Shown here: positions 1 through 12,700 of the stretch, one piece after another
How positions within the stretch are numbered: the stretch's first letter is position 1
Layout: every line of letters starts with the position of its first letter
From: Gnetum montanum
Lineage: Eukaryota; Plantae; Gnetophyta
Assembly (NCBI GenBank): GCA_015680685.1
Contig: MNCI01002529.1
Coordinates: 6,069 to 70,068 of the forward strand
Direction of reading: 5' to 3'
DNA: 64,000 bases
Notes under the pieces: model-generated
Databases searched by the model: none
What the model was told of the DNA's origin: nothing
What the model saw: the letters and a program-made list of their open reading frames with translations, nothing else
Program-made: the position numbers and the translations under genes

Positions 1-138
1 AAGCCTGGGAAGACAACGAACGATTAACCCCAAGCGTTCTTTGTGGCGTTAAGGCATTTAGTCTGCGGAGTTCGACCGGATCGCACGTACACGCTCGTAT
101 TCGTATGGTTGAGTGTAGGGGTACCTCGCCACTCATCA
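1..138 (+). mobile_element. 3' end of an LTR (same family as 1655-2434)
   Basis: Ends GAGTGTAGGGGTACCTCGCCACTCATCA; aligns to 2296-2434. Confidence 0.75.
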
Positions 139-902
139 CTAATGTTTGGTTTTTACCTTTGAGTTATAATGTTGATACTAAGGTATGGCTCTTTTGATAT
201 AATAGGCAATGAGTCTACATCATCTATGCATTCATGAATTTCTATGGTCTCTCTTGGCTTGGAATTGTACGGTCCCTTTGTCAATAATAAAACTATTAAT
301 GAATTGGTGACTGGGCATTTCTCAAACTGAGAAAGGACTCAAGGACTGAAAAGGGTGTGATTTCAAAGAGATTTGATGCGTTTGTGTTGGCCATTCTCTT
401 GGGTGCTTGGATGTTTTCTTCTTGAGTTTTCCTTACCATTCTGACATTGCTCCATTATCGGGAAGTTGAGCTAATAAAAATAAGTCTTTGCATGGTGTGG
501 TTCTCACGTAAAAACAAAAAACAAAAAAAAAATAAAAACAAACAGTGAGAATTCAAAGCACACCCCTTAGACAAAATAATCATCTGGGCTACAAGCATTG
601 GTTATGGAACTAAACAAACATGTTCCCGATAACTAAGGCTCTTTCTCACTTCCTACTTTTCCCTTTCTTGTTTCCTCGGAATGGTGGTGACTCTTTGGTG
701 GAAGCATTCTTGTTACTTCAAGTGGATGAATTGGCCAAGTATATTAATGAGAAGTCACTAGATGTGAATTGTTTAAGGCTAGATTTGGAATAAGATCTAC
801 TTAGTCACATTAACCATAAATACACAAGGGACTATACACCACCTTGTTCTTGGGATTCCATTCCATTCTCTTCTTCCCATCATTCTTTCTCCATTTTTCA
901 CC

Positions 903-1485
903 NNNNNNNNNNNNNNNNNNNNNNNNNNNNNNNNNNNNNNNNNNNNNNNNNNNNNNNNNNNNNNNNNNNNNNNNNNNNNNNNNNNNNNNNNNNNNNNNNN
1001 NNNNNNNNNNNNNNNNNNNNNNNNNNNNNNNNNNNNNNNNNNNNNNNNNNNNNNNNNNNNNNNNNNNNNNNNNNNNNNNNNNNNNNNNNNNNNNNNNNNN
1101 NNNNNNNNNNNNNNNNNNNNNNNNNNNNNNNNNNNNNNNNNNNNNNNNNNNNNNNNNNNNNNNNNNNNNNNNNNNNNNNNNNNNNNNNNNNNNNNNNNNN
1201 NNNNNNNNNNNNNNNNNNNNNNNNNNNNNNNNNNNNNNNNNNNNNNNNNNNNNNNNNNNNNNNNNNNNNNNNNNNNNNNNNNNNNNNNNNNNNNNNNNNN
1301 NNNNNNNNNNNNNNNNNNNNNNNNNNNNNNNNNNNNNNNNNNNNNNNNNNNNNNNNNNNNNNNNNNNNNNNNNNNNNNNNNNNNNNNNNNNNNNNNNNNN
1401 NNNNNNNNNNNNNNNNNNNNNNNNNNNNNNNNNNNNNNNNNNNNNNNNNNNNNNNNNNNNNNNNNNNNNNNNNNNNNNNNNNNNN
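903..1485. other. Assembly gap (others at 24103-24413, 35255-35358, 45925-45951)
   Basis: N runs. Confidence 1.
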
Positions 1486-1654
1486 TATTGTTCACTCTTG
1501 TAGTCATGAACACTAATGTTGCCATGTATTGTAATGTTGATCCGTTCACGCGTCACCCCATTCACCATTAGTTGTCATTCAAGTCAATAATCCCATACCT
1601 TCCCAATATTTTGTAAGGAACTTGAGGACGAGTTTTCATTCAGTCATGGGGGTA

Positions 1655-2434
1655 TGATGAGCCGCGATATCGCGTACACGACATTGCATCCTGCCTCATC
1701 TTCTATAAATAAGAGGCAGCGCCCTTTGTTCCCAGGGAGTTAGACTTAGACCCTTAGCCAGATTCTTGTAGTTTAGTCATTCCAGAGTTAGAATAATTTC
1801 TGTGTGCCCGCAGTAGGAGTCATAGAGTGAACAGATCTTTATTCGAGCAATTTGTACCTGAGCACACATTTGTGTACGGCAATAAAGATGAACTTTATGA
1901 TAAACCTTGTAGCATATAGATTAAGCTAATTAGTAATTAATTATTGTTTAATGTTTAATGCTTTCCTAGTTAATTAATATTTCTCTCAACCTTCGATCCT
2001 CTTAATTAAATACACTCAGTACGACCGCTTCGAGCATGCGTGTAGCGCTTGGTAACCTAGTAACGATTAGCGTTTGGTAATCCCAGCATCATTGCACTGG
2101 TTTAGGATGTGTACAGTAAGTGGGAATGGATACTAGTGTTAGGAACATCTAGAACTTAGTTAATGAATAGTTAATGTAAGTTAGTCACTTAGTTCTCTCT
2201 CCCTCTCCTTATTAGTAGAAGACTTAAAAAGACAAAAGCTATAAAAATCACATACCTCAAGCTTACTTAACCATACAATCGTGACAATACAAGTAAGTTT
2301 GGGAAGACAATGATTGATTAACCCTGAGTGTTCCATTAAGGTGCGTAAGCACTTAGTCCTTGGAGTTCAACTCGATCATGCGTGAAACACTTGTATTCAT
2401 ATGGTTGAGTGTAGGGGTACCTCACCACTCATCA
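1655..2434 (+). mobile_element. LTR (~780 bp), probably gypsy-type 3' LTR
   Basis: TGATGAG...CTCATCA terminal inverted repeat; preceded by CTTGAGGAC...GGGGGTA (PPT-like); CTATAAATA near 1703. Confidence 0.78.
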
Positions 2435-4896
2435 CAAATTAACCTTGATATGCTAATTTAGGAATGAGATTGGAACTTTTAGGTGATTTTACTCCAATTA
2501 TGAAGCGATGGATAAACTCTCATGGCTATATTATTAGTGAAGCTAAGGGAATAAGGATTATCAAGCTCTATTTGTATAGCTCTATGTGAAGACATTAAGA
2601 GGGAGAGATACATTATTACTATCGTTATAAATATCAATTTCCCTACCAACCCCTTGTTAATGACCTTTACTAGTTAAGTAAAGGGAATATATAATTAGCT
2701 TGACTTTTTTATATTAATCTAACAAGGTTTTCTAATTGATTTTTATTAAAGACTATTCAGTTTGAAATAGTATGAAATATTCAGTTTGTGACTATTTGGG
2801 GTTTGTGTATTTAGGGATGAAAAACTTAATAATAAGGCAAACTTATAAAAGACTTTGAGAATGATTACTCCTATGAGAAAGAAGGGTTTCTAATCTTATG
2901 GAAATTACTAAGGATTTTTTTTTTTTGTAGAAAGACCTAACAATTTGGGTCCTTACCTAACTATGGGAAAATCTAACACTTGAAAAAAAGAAGGGTTAGA
3001 GTTATCTAGAAGGAACATTGCCCCTTGTCTTACTAGAGTCTCCCATAATTGATGTTCCTTGTTGATTCTTTGTTCCTATGATATTGTTGGAGTTTGGTTA
3101 TTGGTTTTCACAAAAGACAATGTACTCCATGGGCATGATTCATCTTGGACATGATACACCTTTGATAAGGGTTTGCAGCTCATCCTAGATTGTGGCTCAG
3201 AGTTCATTATGGGATTGTGGTCAGCTCTTGATTTTAAATAATCCTAGATTGTGGTTTGCTTTTAAACTAATTGTGGCATCTCTTTCTTAGATGTGAGGGA
3301 AAATGCCAAATATACATTACATTTAACATTACATATAGAGAACATAATAGGAAAAATGCAGAAAAAAATGAAAAGAAGCTTTATTAATGAGGGAATTGGA
3401 AAATGAATAAGTGTTTTTGAGTCATGCTCTAAGGCTTCTTTGGGGTTAGCTTCCTTTAGCATCTATTCCTTAAAAGCAATCTAACACTGTCACCATGGTT
3501 AGGCTTAGACCCAACTAGCAGGGATGGCCTATGTTGCTCACCTTTATTAGCTTTGCAACTTCATGCTGATACAACTTCTAATTAGCAAGTATAAATATCT
3601 CAAGTCAAATCCGTAGAGATCCTTTAAAGAGATATGTCTATAATTATAATGTGCTCATTCATTAAGGGTCTTATTATAAGAATTACATCACTTGATTACA
3701 AAATAATACCATCTTGATAATGGAATGACACCATTCAGAATTGGGGATGTGACATTGATGATGAGGATGAAGAGAAAGATGGTGAACTACAAGAGCTATG
3801 TTAGCTTGCTCTCCTTCCCTAGTTCCTTCAATGGGCTTGCATTTATCTATTGGAAGACTTAGGCTTCAAGGTCATCCTGGTTCTGAGACTGATTCCATTT
3901 TCTTGAGGATTGCTTGCCAAGGTTAAATGTAACCTTAGATTACCCAAAGCATTAACGTTGAATATGGAAGGTTGTTAAAGTTGAAATCTTTTTAACTAGT
4001 AGCCCATATCCTCCCTATTGGACTAAGAAGGGATTCGAATAGTGCCAGTGTCTTTTTCTTTTTGCTATGTATACCAAGCTTCTACTAGCTAGTCTAATCT
4101 ATGTTGAGCTTCTATAGGTTAATAGGTTTTGGCTATGTTTTTATCAACATAATAACCTTTGTAAAATTGGCCAATACTAGATTTCATAAGTGCAACATGG
4201 AGCATAGATGAAGCTACCTTGTCTAATGACATTATAATATTTTCCATGTATGTTAATCATCCTAATGAAATATGAGGTTGAAATCATATATGTAGAGATC
4301 ATGATGGACAAAAGAGACATTTGCTTACAACATGACATTGGTTGAACTAAGTAATAGCATTGTTAGGATTACCAAATGAATATATATATACTTTCAAAAT
4401 TGGTGGTCCTCATTCTACCAAGTGACTAATGTGCATAGGAAAGTAAGTCATTAAGCTAAGTGCATTAGAAAGTAATGACATCGGAAAGTAAACACTATTA
4501 AGTAAATCTAATTAATTCATTTTGCAATGGATGGGAATCAATCTTGATTTTTATTTCCTTCATCCAATGTTTTCAAGTACATCATACTCAAATAAAGACA
4601 TTGAACAGTTGACTAAAAACCACATTGTGGGCAAACATTGACTAAAAACCACATTGAGTGACTATACTAGAAATTATGAAAACACACTCCAAAAGTTTTA
4701 CTACTTACTACATTAATGGATACCATTAATGTAGTAGGCAAGGGATATTTATAGTTGAAAATACTGATGTGATATTGTGTTTGCAACATCATAGGTAGGT
4801 TTATGATATCACACTTGTGGAGGGTGTTGAAACCTAACAAAAATGAAATATAGGTACACCTCAAGATTTATAAAAGCTTGTAACTCAACGCTACTA

Positions 4897-4955
4897 CAAA
4901 ATTGAACCTATGACTTGGGATTATTAGGCCAAGATTTTTACCACTAGGCTATGAA
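4897..4955 (-). mobile_element. Degenerate tRNA-like or SINE head
   Basis: Minus strand TAGCCTAGTGGTAA (A-box) ... AGGTTCAATT (B-box) at tRNA-like spacing; no full cloverleaf. Confidence 0.4.
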
Positions 4956-5810
4956 ATCACATCCAAGATATTGTTGCCTCACTTATTAACTCTTTGTCAA
5001 GTAGAAAGTGAAAACTCAAGATAGTGCTTTTGAAAGAGTGCAAGGTTTGATCATTTTCCTTCCTAAGTGCATATTAGTTGTAAGGATGAAAATTCGAAAG
5101 AATATCCCAAAATGGTTGAGCCTTTTCTTTGATGTTGTGTTGGAATTTTAGTTCTCTTTTCTAATTATCCTCTTAAAGGTTGTACTCTACCAACAATTTC
5201 ACTTACTCAAGCATTGCCCAATTAGAACTTTATAACTTAGTATTGCCTCCTAGAATTAGATCCATGACTTAGAGCTTTCAAATTAAGAATCTTACTAAGA
5301 GAAGGTTGAATAATAAGGGAGTAAGGATACATGCCACTGATTGGTAATAGGAGGGGTATTGATGCTTAGAAATAACAAGATGTTAAAAATTTCATACCTG
5401 GGTAATAGTAGTAATAAAAATTTATTTTTGAAGTAATTTACTCTTCGGCAAAGAAGCAATATGGAGAAATTATTATAAGTCAAGCAATCAAAAAAATAAT
5501 AAAGAATGGTTGTGAGGCCAATAAGAAAGAATCCCTCTTTCACAACACAAGTATACATTGAATCATTTAAATGGTTAACTTGGCAACATAAAATGAAGCA
5601 AACTATTACTCCTGCAATCCAAATGCCATTAAACAAGAACCCACAAAGAAGAAGTTTAAACTCAGGCACAACTATCTATCACAGAGAATAAATGAATACG
5701 TGCATTTCTCTTTTTCACTTATGCTGTAAAAACTCCAATTTGAAGTAATTTCGCAAAGCAAAGTGGAAATTGAAGAAAAAATTAAAAAACAATGGTAAAA
5801 ACAGAATAAA

Positions 5811-6050
5811 AAATTGCCTGCAACAATGTACTTCTTCAGGGTTGGGGCTTTACTCAGAAAAGAATATGTTGCAGGGAATATTAAGAAATGTTTCTTCCCA
5901 TGCAATGTGTGCTTCTACGAGGCTTAAAAGTTGCCTACAACAATGTGCTTCTTCGGGGCTGGGGCTTTACTAAGAGAAGAATATGTTGCTGATAATATTT
6001 AAAAATATTTCCTCCTATGCAGTGTGCTTCTATAAGGCTCAGAAAATAGC
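5811..6050. repeat. Tandem duplication, 2 x ~117 bp, upstream of the MTM1-like gene
   Basis: AAATTGCCTGCAACAATGTACTTCTTCAGGG at 5811 vs AAGTTGCCTACAACAATGTGCTTCTTCGGGG at 5928. Confidence 0.85.
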
Positions 6051-6615
6051 TGAACTGAGAAAATGGAGTTATATTCCCTTTTTCTGCCTGGGCTAAATAA
6101 TTTTTGCCTGTGTTAAAATGCATAAAATAATTGCCAAGGGAAACCATTGTGAATAATTATGAAACCAATTACTACCGTAACATGTACCCTCCCCTATTGT
6201 TCAACCCTCCCCTTACTGCTAAATTTAGGCTTCATCGTTGCTGGAGAGCTTCATAGTTTCATAGTTTCATCTACTTCCAGGTTCAACACCACCATGTTCC
6301 CATGCAAGACGTTCGAACATCTAGTTTGGAAGACTAACATCTTATTCACAGGAGGCTCATTTTCGAAGCCAATAAAATGCATTCAAAAAAGCCTTTCAAA
6401 TGGCGGTAAAAAACGCCTCCATGTTGAATTTCAACCATGGTTGAACCGTTAGCGACAGAAGCGTGCAAAATGAAAACAGCATATCTGAGCATGGAAGAGA
6501 TGCCGGGACTTTCAAACTTTTTTTTCTTTTCCGTTTCGGAAAGGTAGAACCCAGAATATTGGTGCACTGCAAACATCAACCTCCTGCTGCTGCTCCTTTT
6601 TTCTGGGATTGAATC

Positions 6616-6768
6616 ATGACTGAAACACAGGCAGAAGCGGCATCATTCTCTTCTAGTTTCGCCAAAAATTTGGATGAAGACAATGTGAGACCACTGCAGA
6701 GGATATTGTCTGGTGCAGGGGCTGCCGTTTTCTCGGCAGTTATATTCAATCCTCTTGATGTACTCAAG
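6616..6768 (+). CDS. MTM1: MTM1-like exon 1 (MTETQ...NPLDVLK)
   Basis: ATG at 6616, 51 codons, donor AAG|GTTTGA. The start codon is the least certain part. Confidence 0.85.
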
Positions 6769-9700
6769 GTTTGATCTGAACTAATGTTATTTTAGAATTA
6801 CAAATTATCTGTATGTAACTTTTGTGGGTTGGGTTGTAGCACACGATTTGATGCCTCGAATTTTGATGCGTTATTTGCAGATTTGTGATTTTAGATTTCT
6901 TAATTTTATGGTTTTCTTTGCAACATGACCTTGTATGATCCAAAATTTGTGGGGTGGTCAGCAACGAGCAAATTTATGTAGTAGAATTTGTTGATTTATT
7001 GATACATTTGATTTCTTACTTTAACGGTCAGGCCATAAACGGCATAAAAAACATCATGATGATCCGTAACATTTAATTTCTTTTCAGACTCGATTGCAAG
7101 CTCAAGGGTCCCAGATGAGAAAACCACCAGTTGCAAAATCCCAATTCGGTTATTCGGCCTCTATAGAATCATACAGGGTACATGAAACTTCTACCAAGTT
7201 TGTTGATTTTCCATTAGCAATTTCTGGTATCATAGGATGTAACGTTCTCTATGTGTTGAGTTTTTCAGTACAAAGGTGCATTTGATGGACTCTTCAAGAT
7301 AATTCAGCAGGTCAGTTGAGAGAATTAACGCGTATTGTTTGTTGTCCTTATCATTCTTGTGATTTTGTTTTCACCTTTATATTCATTTCTAATGAATATG
7401 TGTTTTCGATTGTGCAGGAAGGGGTTTTAAGACTTTGGAGAGGCACAGGTGCCGGTCTATTATTGGCTGTTCCAACTGTAAGCTATTTCAGTTTGTTTTG
7501 AACTTTTCCTTTTTACAAAGTTGTCGAATCTTTGTTGTTTGTTGTTGAAAAATACAAAATAGTTTTGGTCTTAGTGTAACTGTTATGGATTTGTGGAGAT
7601 ATTACTTATTTACATAGAATTTTATTATCTTGAGATTATTCCTTAAAAGAGAAGCTGAATATGGATAATGCAATGATTTGCATTCATAAGAATTATGTGC
7701 CTTATTTTATGTTTCCCTTTTAATTGAAATTGAAAATTGGCATACAATTCTCAAATCATAGATCATTTTCATATCAGAAATTCCAGATCATGTCCCAAAA
7801 TTGCTTGAAGTTGTGATATTGAAAAAATATAAAAAAATGTCATTTTTTTCATTTGAAAAAAAGCATACCTTGGATGCTTGAAAAAGGGCAGAGATTTGGA
7901 TCATGATCCAAATTTGCTTGGAGTCATTTCTAATAATTAGAACAAAAAACATATACAATTCTATTGGTAAAATATAACACACGATCAAAATTGCTTGGAA
8001 TCATCTTAGCATTGTTTGAAATTAGAGTTGTGATTCTAGCATTGATATAACTTGCAATTTCAGATTGCTATAATTGCAATCCTGATATGTATTTTATAGG
8101 TATGACAAGCTATACTTTACAAGATATAAATTGAAACCGAAACCGAAACTGTAGTTCAATTACGTTAGTTTGTATAAAAATAAATCAATAACCATAAAAC
8201 CTGAGTATAATTGGGGTGTCCAATATTTATGTACTTTGAACAGTTATTCTAGATAATCACCTAGAATTAGGACTGCTAGCTTAAATAATCCATACAAAGT
8301 ATTACTTGAGATTTTCCGTTTGCCTATGAAGAAATTCATTCTATAACATTCTAATAATATATGTTATGTAATTGGCATATTCTGTTCTAATGCTTTACAT
8401 GATTCCATGTTTCAGTTTCAACTTAAAGGTGATGTGATCTCTTTTTTATGCTACTAAACAGTGTTTACATGGATATAGGAATAGTAGCACATAAATGTTC
8501 TGTGTAATAATGCATACCACCTCTAATGTTTTTCCAATAAATTTTGAAGCTCTGTTTGGTTTTTGTACTTCATTTTGTAATACCCCCTTGTTAGAGTTTG
8601 GTTTTACGTTACTCAACAACTCTATTATACCCAAGGATCTTGTGGTTAGGAACTAAATTCCTAACTATACAACTTATTCTCTTTGTAACAATTTTTGTAA
8701 CTTAAGGATATTCATGAACATCATAGATTATAATATATAGCTTAAGTGTTGGACTTACGATGGGGATCATAGTCATCCCTAGCTAACTTGTGTACAAACT
8801 TTGTGTACAGATCAGCAACTCTTTATTGTAGCTCCATCTTTACTCTAACGAAGCCTCCTGGGTGATCTTCTCTTCTTATTTAAGAAACTAGATTAAGCTT
8901 ACACTTGGCTCAACTTGGACATTCTCTTCCTCTTTAGGAAACTAGATCCTTACTTTTTTTCAGAGTCTTACTTGGCATCTTCACTTCTTTGGCAAATGAT
9001 GCTTGACAACACCTTCAACTATTTAGTTACGAAGTTTGTTATAGGTTACGATGGTTGATCATTGTAACTTCTTTGTTCTCACTCCTTATGATGCTCAATC
9101 GTTCATTATCTTGATCTTCTTCTCCTTTTTTCTCATTCGATCGTCGATTACTCAAACTCATACTCTTACTCTTCTATTTCTCATTTTCTCTCTACTCACT
9201 TCATAACTTAAATGATGCTTACTTTTTTTTTTGTAAGAAAGGTTATGATGGTTCACAATTGAATGTTACAACCTTAGAAATAGTGACAAATTGGGATAGC
9301 AGGTTAGGAATCATCATACCAAGTTACAAAACTAATGATTGAACATTATAGCTTCCTCAAAGTCTAACACCTCTAACCTACACTAGGTTAGAAGGTGCTA
9401 CATGGAAGATCTAATACAATACCATAAATTAGAGATATAAATAAAAAGGCATGTATAGGTGAAAATTTAAATGAAACATCTACTAGGCATTACGTGAAAG
9501 TAAAAAGGCTCGAGAGGGTAGAAAATCAATAATTGAAAATCCATTATCAAAATAGTAGCCCTTGGAATACATGAAACTTAACTTGTATACTATTAGAGTC
9601 ATGCAAGCCTAGTGCTTGTGAAACAATCCTAGAACAAATCAGAACATCCAGCTTCCAAATATGGAACTTTGACTTGTCAGCCAATGTAAAGAAATGCATG

Positions 9701-12700
9701 AAAGCACATAAAATACATAATTTAAGCTAGTTTCCTATAGGTAGCCCTTCACAATTTGTATGCCATCATAACTCTAAAATAAGAAAATACACAGAATAAA
9801 CATGCTCCGTCATAACCAAAAAAGTATGACCCTCCTATGAACAACTCTAGGAACCCTAACATGTATTTCTTTTGGGCTGTAGATCCTCTAGCTCCACCTA
9901 TAAATAAAGGAATGTCACTACATGCGTCTAATTAGGAATCTATTATTACATCCCTTGTTGAACTCATAGAAGGGAACTATGGAGCTGTGATCACAAAGCA
10001 TAGATATAGTCTTACACAACATGTTAGTGTACACAAACAACACACATGTAAATATGCTGAATCAAGATGCATATCAAAAACAACCTCTCATCCTGCCATC
10101 ACCAACCAATCACAAACTCTAGAGTTTAGCACCTTTTGCCCACTGTAGCATGTGTAATAGTTGCCATGTGTACTCATAATAATCCATCAATTTGCCAATC
10201 ATGTACCATTAAAACCTTGACTACATGACTTAGTCAATTTTAGATTTCATCCTACAAGGCCTAATCCTTGTTGTCACAAGACCAATCTATCACCTAGTAT
10301 TAGTAGCCTAGACACGTTGTCAAAAAAACACTGAATTTTTGGAGTTGCAAACCTACTAGAGACTAGAACACGTTGTTACTAAATTTTCATCTTCCTTGGG
10401 TTGAGGCTGGTGCAAGAGCCTTTATCGCTGCTACGATGAGGGTGAATCTAACCATGAACTCTACGATTCCTAGTCAGCAATTGGTCTCTTCCTTGGTCCT
10501 AGCTCTATCACAAGGAAGCACATCCAACATCAACAGGTGGCAAGACATAACAATCTAATCATTGAACATCAATCAAACACAACATAATAGACATCAATCA
10601 TGTTTTGGTGGTGGGTGAGTATGAATCTGTTTCACACTAAGTGTAATATCATGACCAACACATCCTTTCTCATACGTACATTCTCATTGTTCCCAACTTA
10701 ATGTGCAAGCTTTATTACAAGCTCTTAAGCTTTTCTGTTGGACATATACACATCCTACAGACCATTAGTAACCTATTTATCATGTTTGTTCAGTCACCGA
10801 TTGCTTTGTCAGAATATAGAATTGTGACTCACATTCAACTGATCCTCTCTTCACTAGGTAACGAGGCTATTTTACAAAACCTCAACTACCTTTCTTAGGT
10901 TGGACTTCCAACAAACCACAACCTAACTATGATGTGTAGTAGCCTGCTTTTCAAGTTACCATGGGTTGATCATGACTAGTGGTGAATGTCGTTTCTCTTC
11001 ATTGCAATTGGATAATGACTTGGGAAGATGCCAATCACAAAGACAAGATGAGTCACAAGTTTGATTCCAGTAGGCAACACTAAGTTATAAATTTACAAAA
11101 TTCTGTAAAAAGGAATTTTGAAATTGGCCCAATAGATCCGAAGGGTCTTAGGGGACAAGTAAAAAAAATTCAGTCTCATTATTTGCCATCTAGGAAACTT
11201 TGAATTCAACCACTGTAATCCTTGGTGAACTTGTGAAAAAATGATTGCAACCTCATCATGACTTATGTTTTCTCATAATTTCTTACCATTTGTGTCCTCA
11301 TCGGGCTTGACATTTGAGATGGCTGTTGATTTTGTATTTGTTGCAATGGATACCTTAAGAGGACTTATTCTTTCTTTTCTGCTGACTGTTCAAGCTGTCC
11401 ATACATTGCATTTTCATTAAAATAAACATCTCTACTTCTGAATAGTCTATCAACAACTGTATCCCATAATTTGTATGCCCATATCATCACCTCCATAGCC
11501 TACAAAAATGCATTTGTGTACTGTATCCTTAAGTTTAGATCTATTTTCTTTAGGAATATATGCATATGCAATGCAGAACGTTCTAAAATGGTTATAACTT
11601 ATTCGCCTTCCACTCTATTCAACCTTTGGTATTTTTCTATCCAATGGTCCACTAGGACATTTATTAATCAAATACATAGTAGTTTTTGCAAACTTATGCC
11701 AAAAATCTTTTGGTAATCCAGAATGTTTTAACTTGCTTTGAATCCTATCTAGGATTGTTCTGTTGCACTTTTTGGTAACACCATTTTGTTATGGTGTGCT
11801 AGGGACCATCCTTTCATGTTTGATGCCTATTTAAGAACAAAGTTTCTCAAAGAGATTGGAACAAAATTCTCTTCCAGTATTAGTGTGCAAACACTTCATC
11901 TTTTTGTTGGTCTCATTTTCAATCCTAGTTTTTAACAATCTAAACATATTGGTAGCTTCATCTTTGCTTTTCATAGCATATAACCAACATTTTTGAGAAT
12001 AATCAACAATAAACATTATGAAGTAACAGTCACCATTAAATGACATAAAATTTATAGGACCAACAACATCAAAATAAATTAATTCTAAGTAACCATTCTT
12101 CTTATGGGATTCATTTTTTTTAAAGGAATCTTTATGACTTTTGCCAATAACACAATCTTCACAAAATGGAATTGCAGCTAAAGTAAATTAAGGAATAAGT
12201 TTTTTACATAGCAATACCTTTATTCCTTTTTTGTTCAAGTATCTTATCCTTTGAGGCCAAAGCTGAAGATCTTCATTAGGGTCCTTTGTTACAATGATAT
12301 GCCCATTTACCTAAGTTCCTTTTAGTACATACACAGAACCCGTTTTCTCTCCTTTCAGGATAGTCATGATTTCTTTTGTGATCTTCCAAGAGGCCTCTCC
12401 CAATGTAGTTTTGAAAGTAGCAGTATCTAATTGTCCTGTTGAAATCAAATTTCTTTTTAAATCAGGTACATACCTAACATTTCAGAGAGTTAATTGCCTT
12501 CCATCTTCTTGTTGGATCAACACATCATCAATACTTTTGATTGGGCATTCATGTTCACTACCCAACTGAACATGAGCATCTTTGATGAGTGGTGAGAATC
12601 TCAACCCTCAATCATACAAGTCACAAGTGTTTACGTGCGACCAGATCATAATTTGTAGATGTACAATGTAAGTATACTAGTGAGTTGATGATAAGTTCAT

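Noticed and set aside
797-1568. Long ORFs of 219-252 aa (similar ones at 23786-24533 and 35064-35456)
   Set aside because: Artefacts of translating through N gaps.
4897-4955. Functional tRNA gene (also 26750-26825 and 42361-42440)
   Set aside because: Only degenerate A/B boxes; no acceptor stem or cloverleaf could be formed.
6491-6547. Upstream ATG as alternative start or uORF
   Set aside because: Out of frame with the CDS, stops after 18 codons, and the TSS is unknown.
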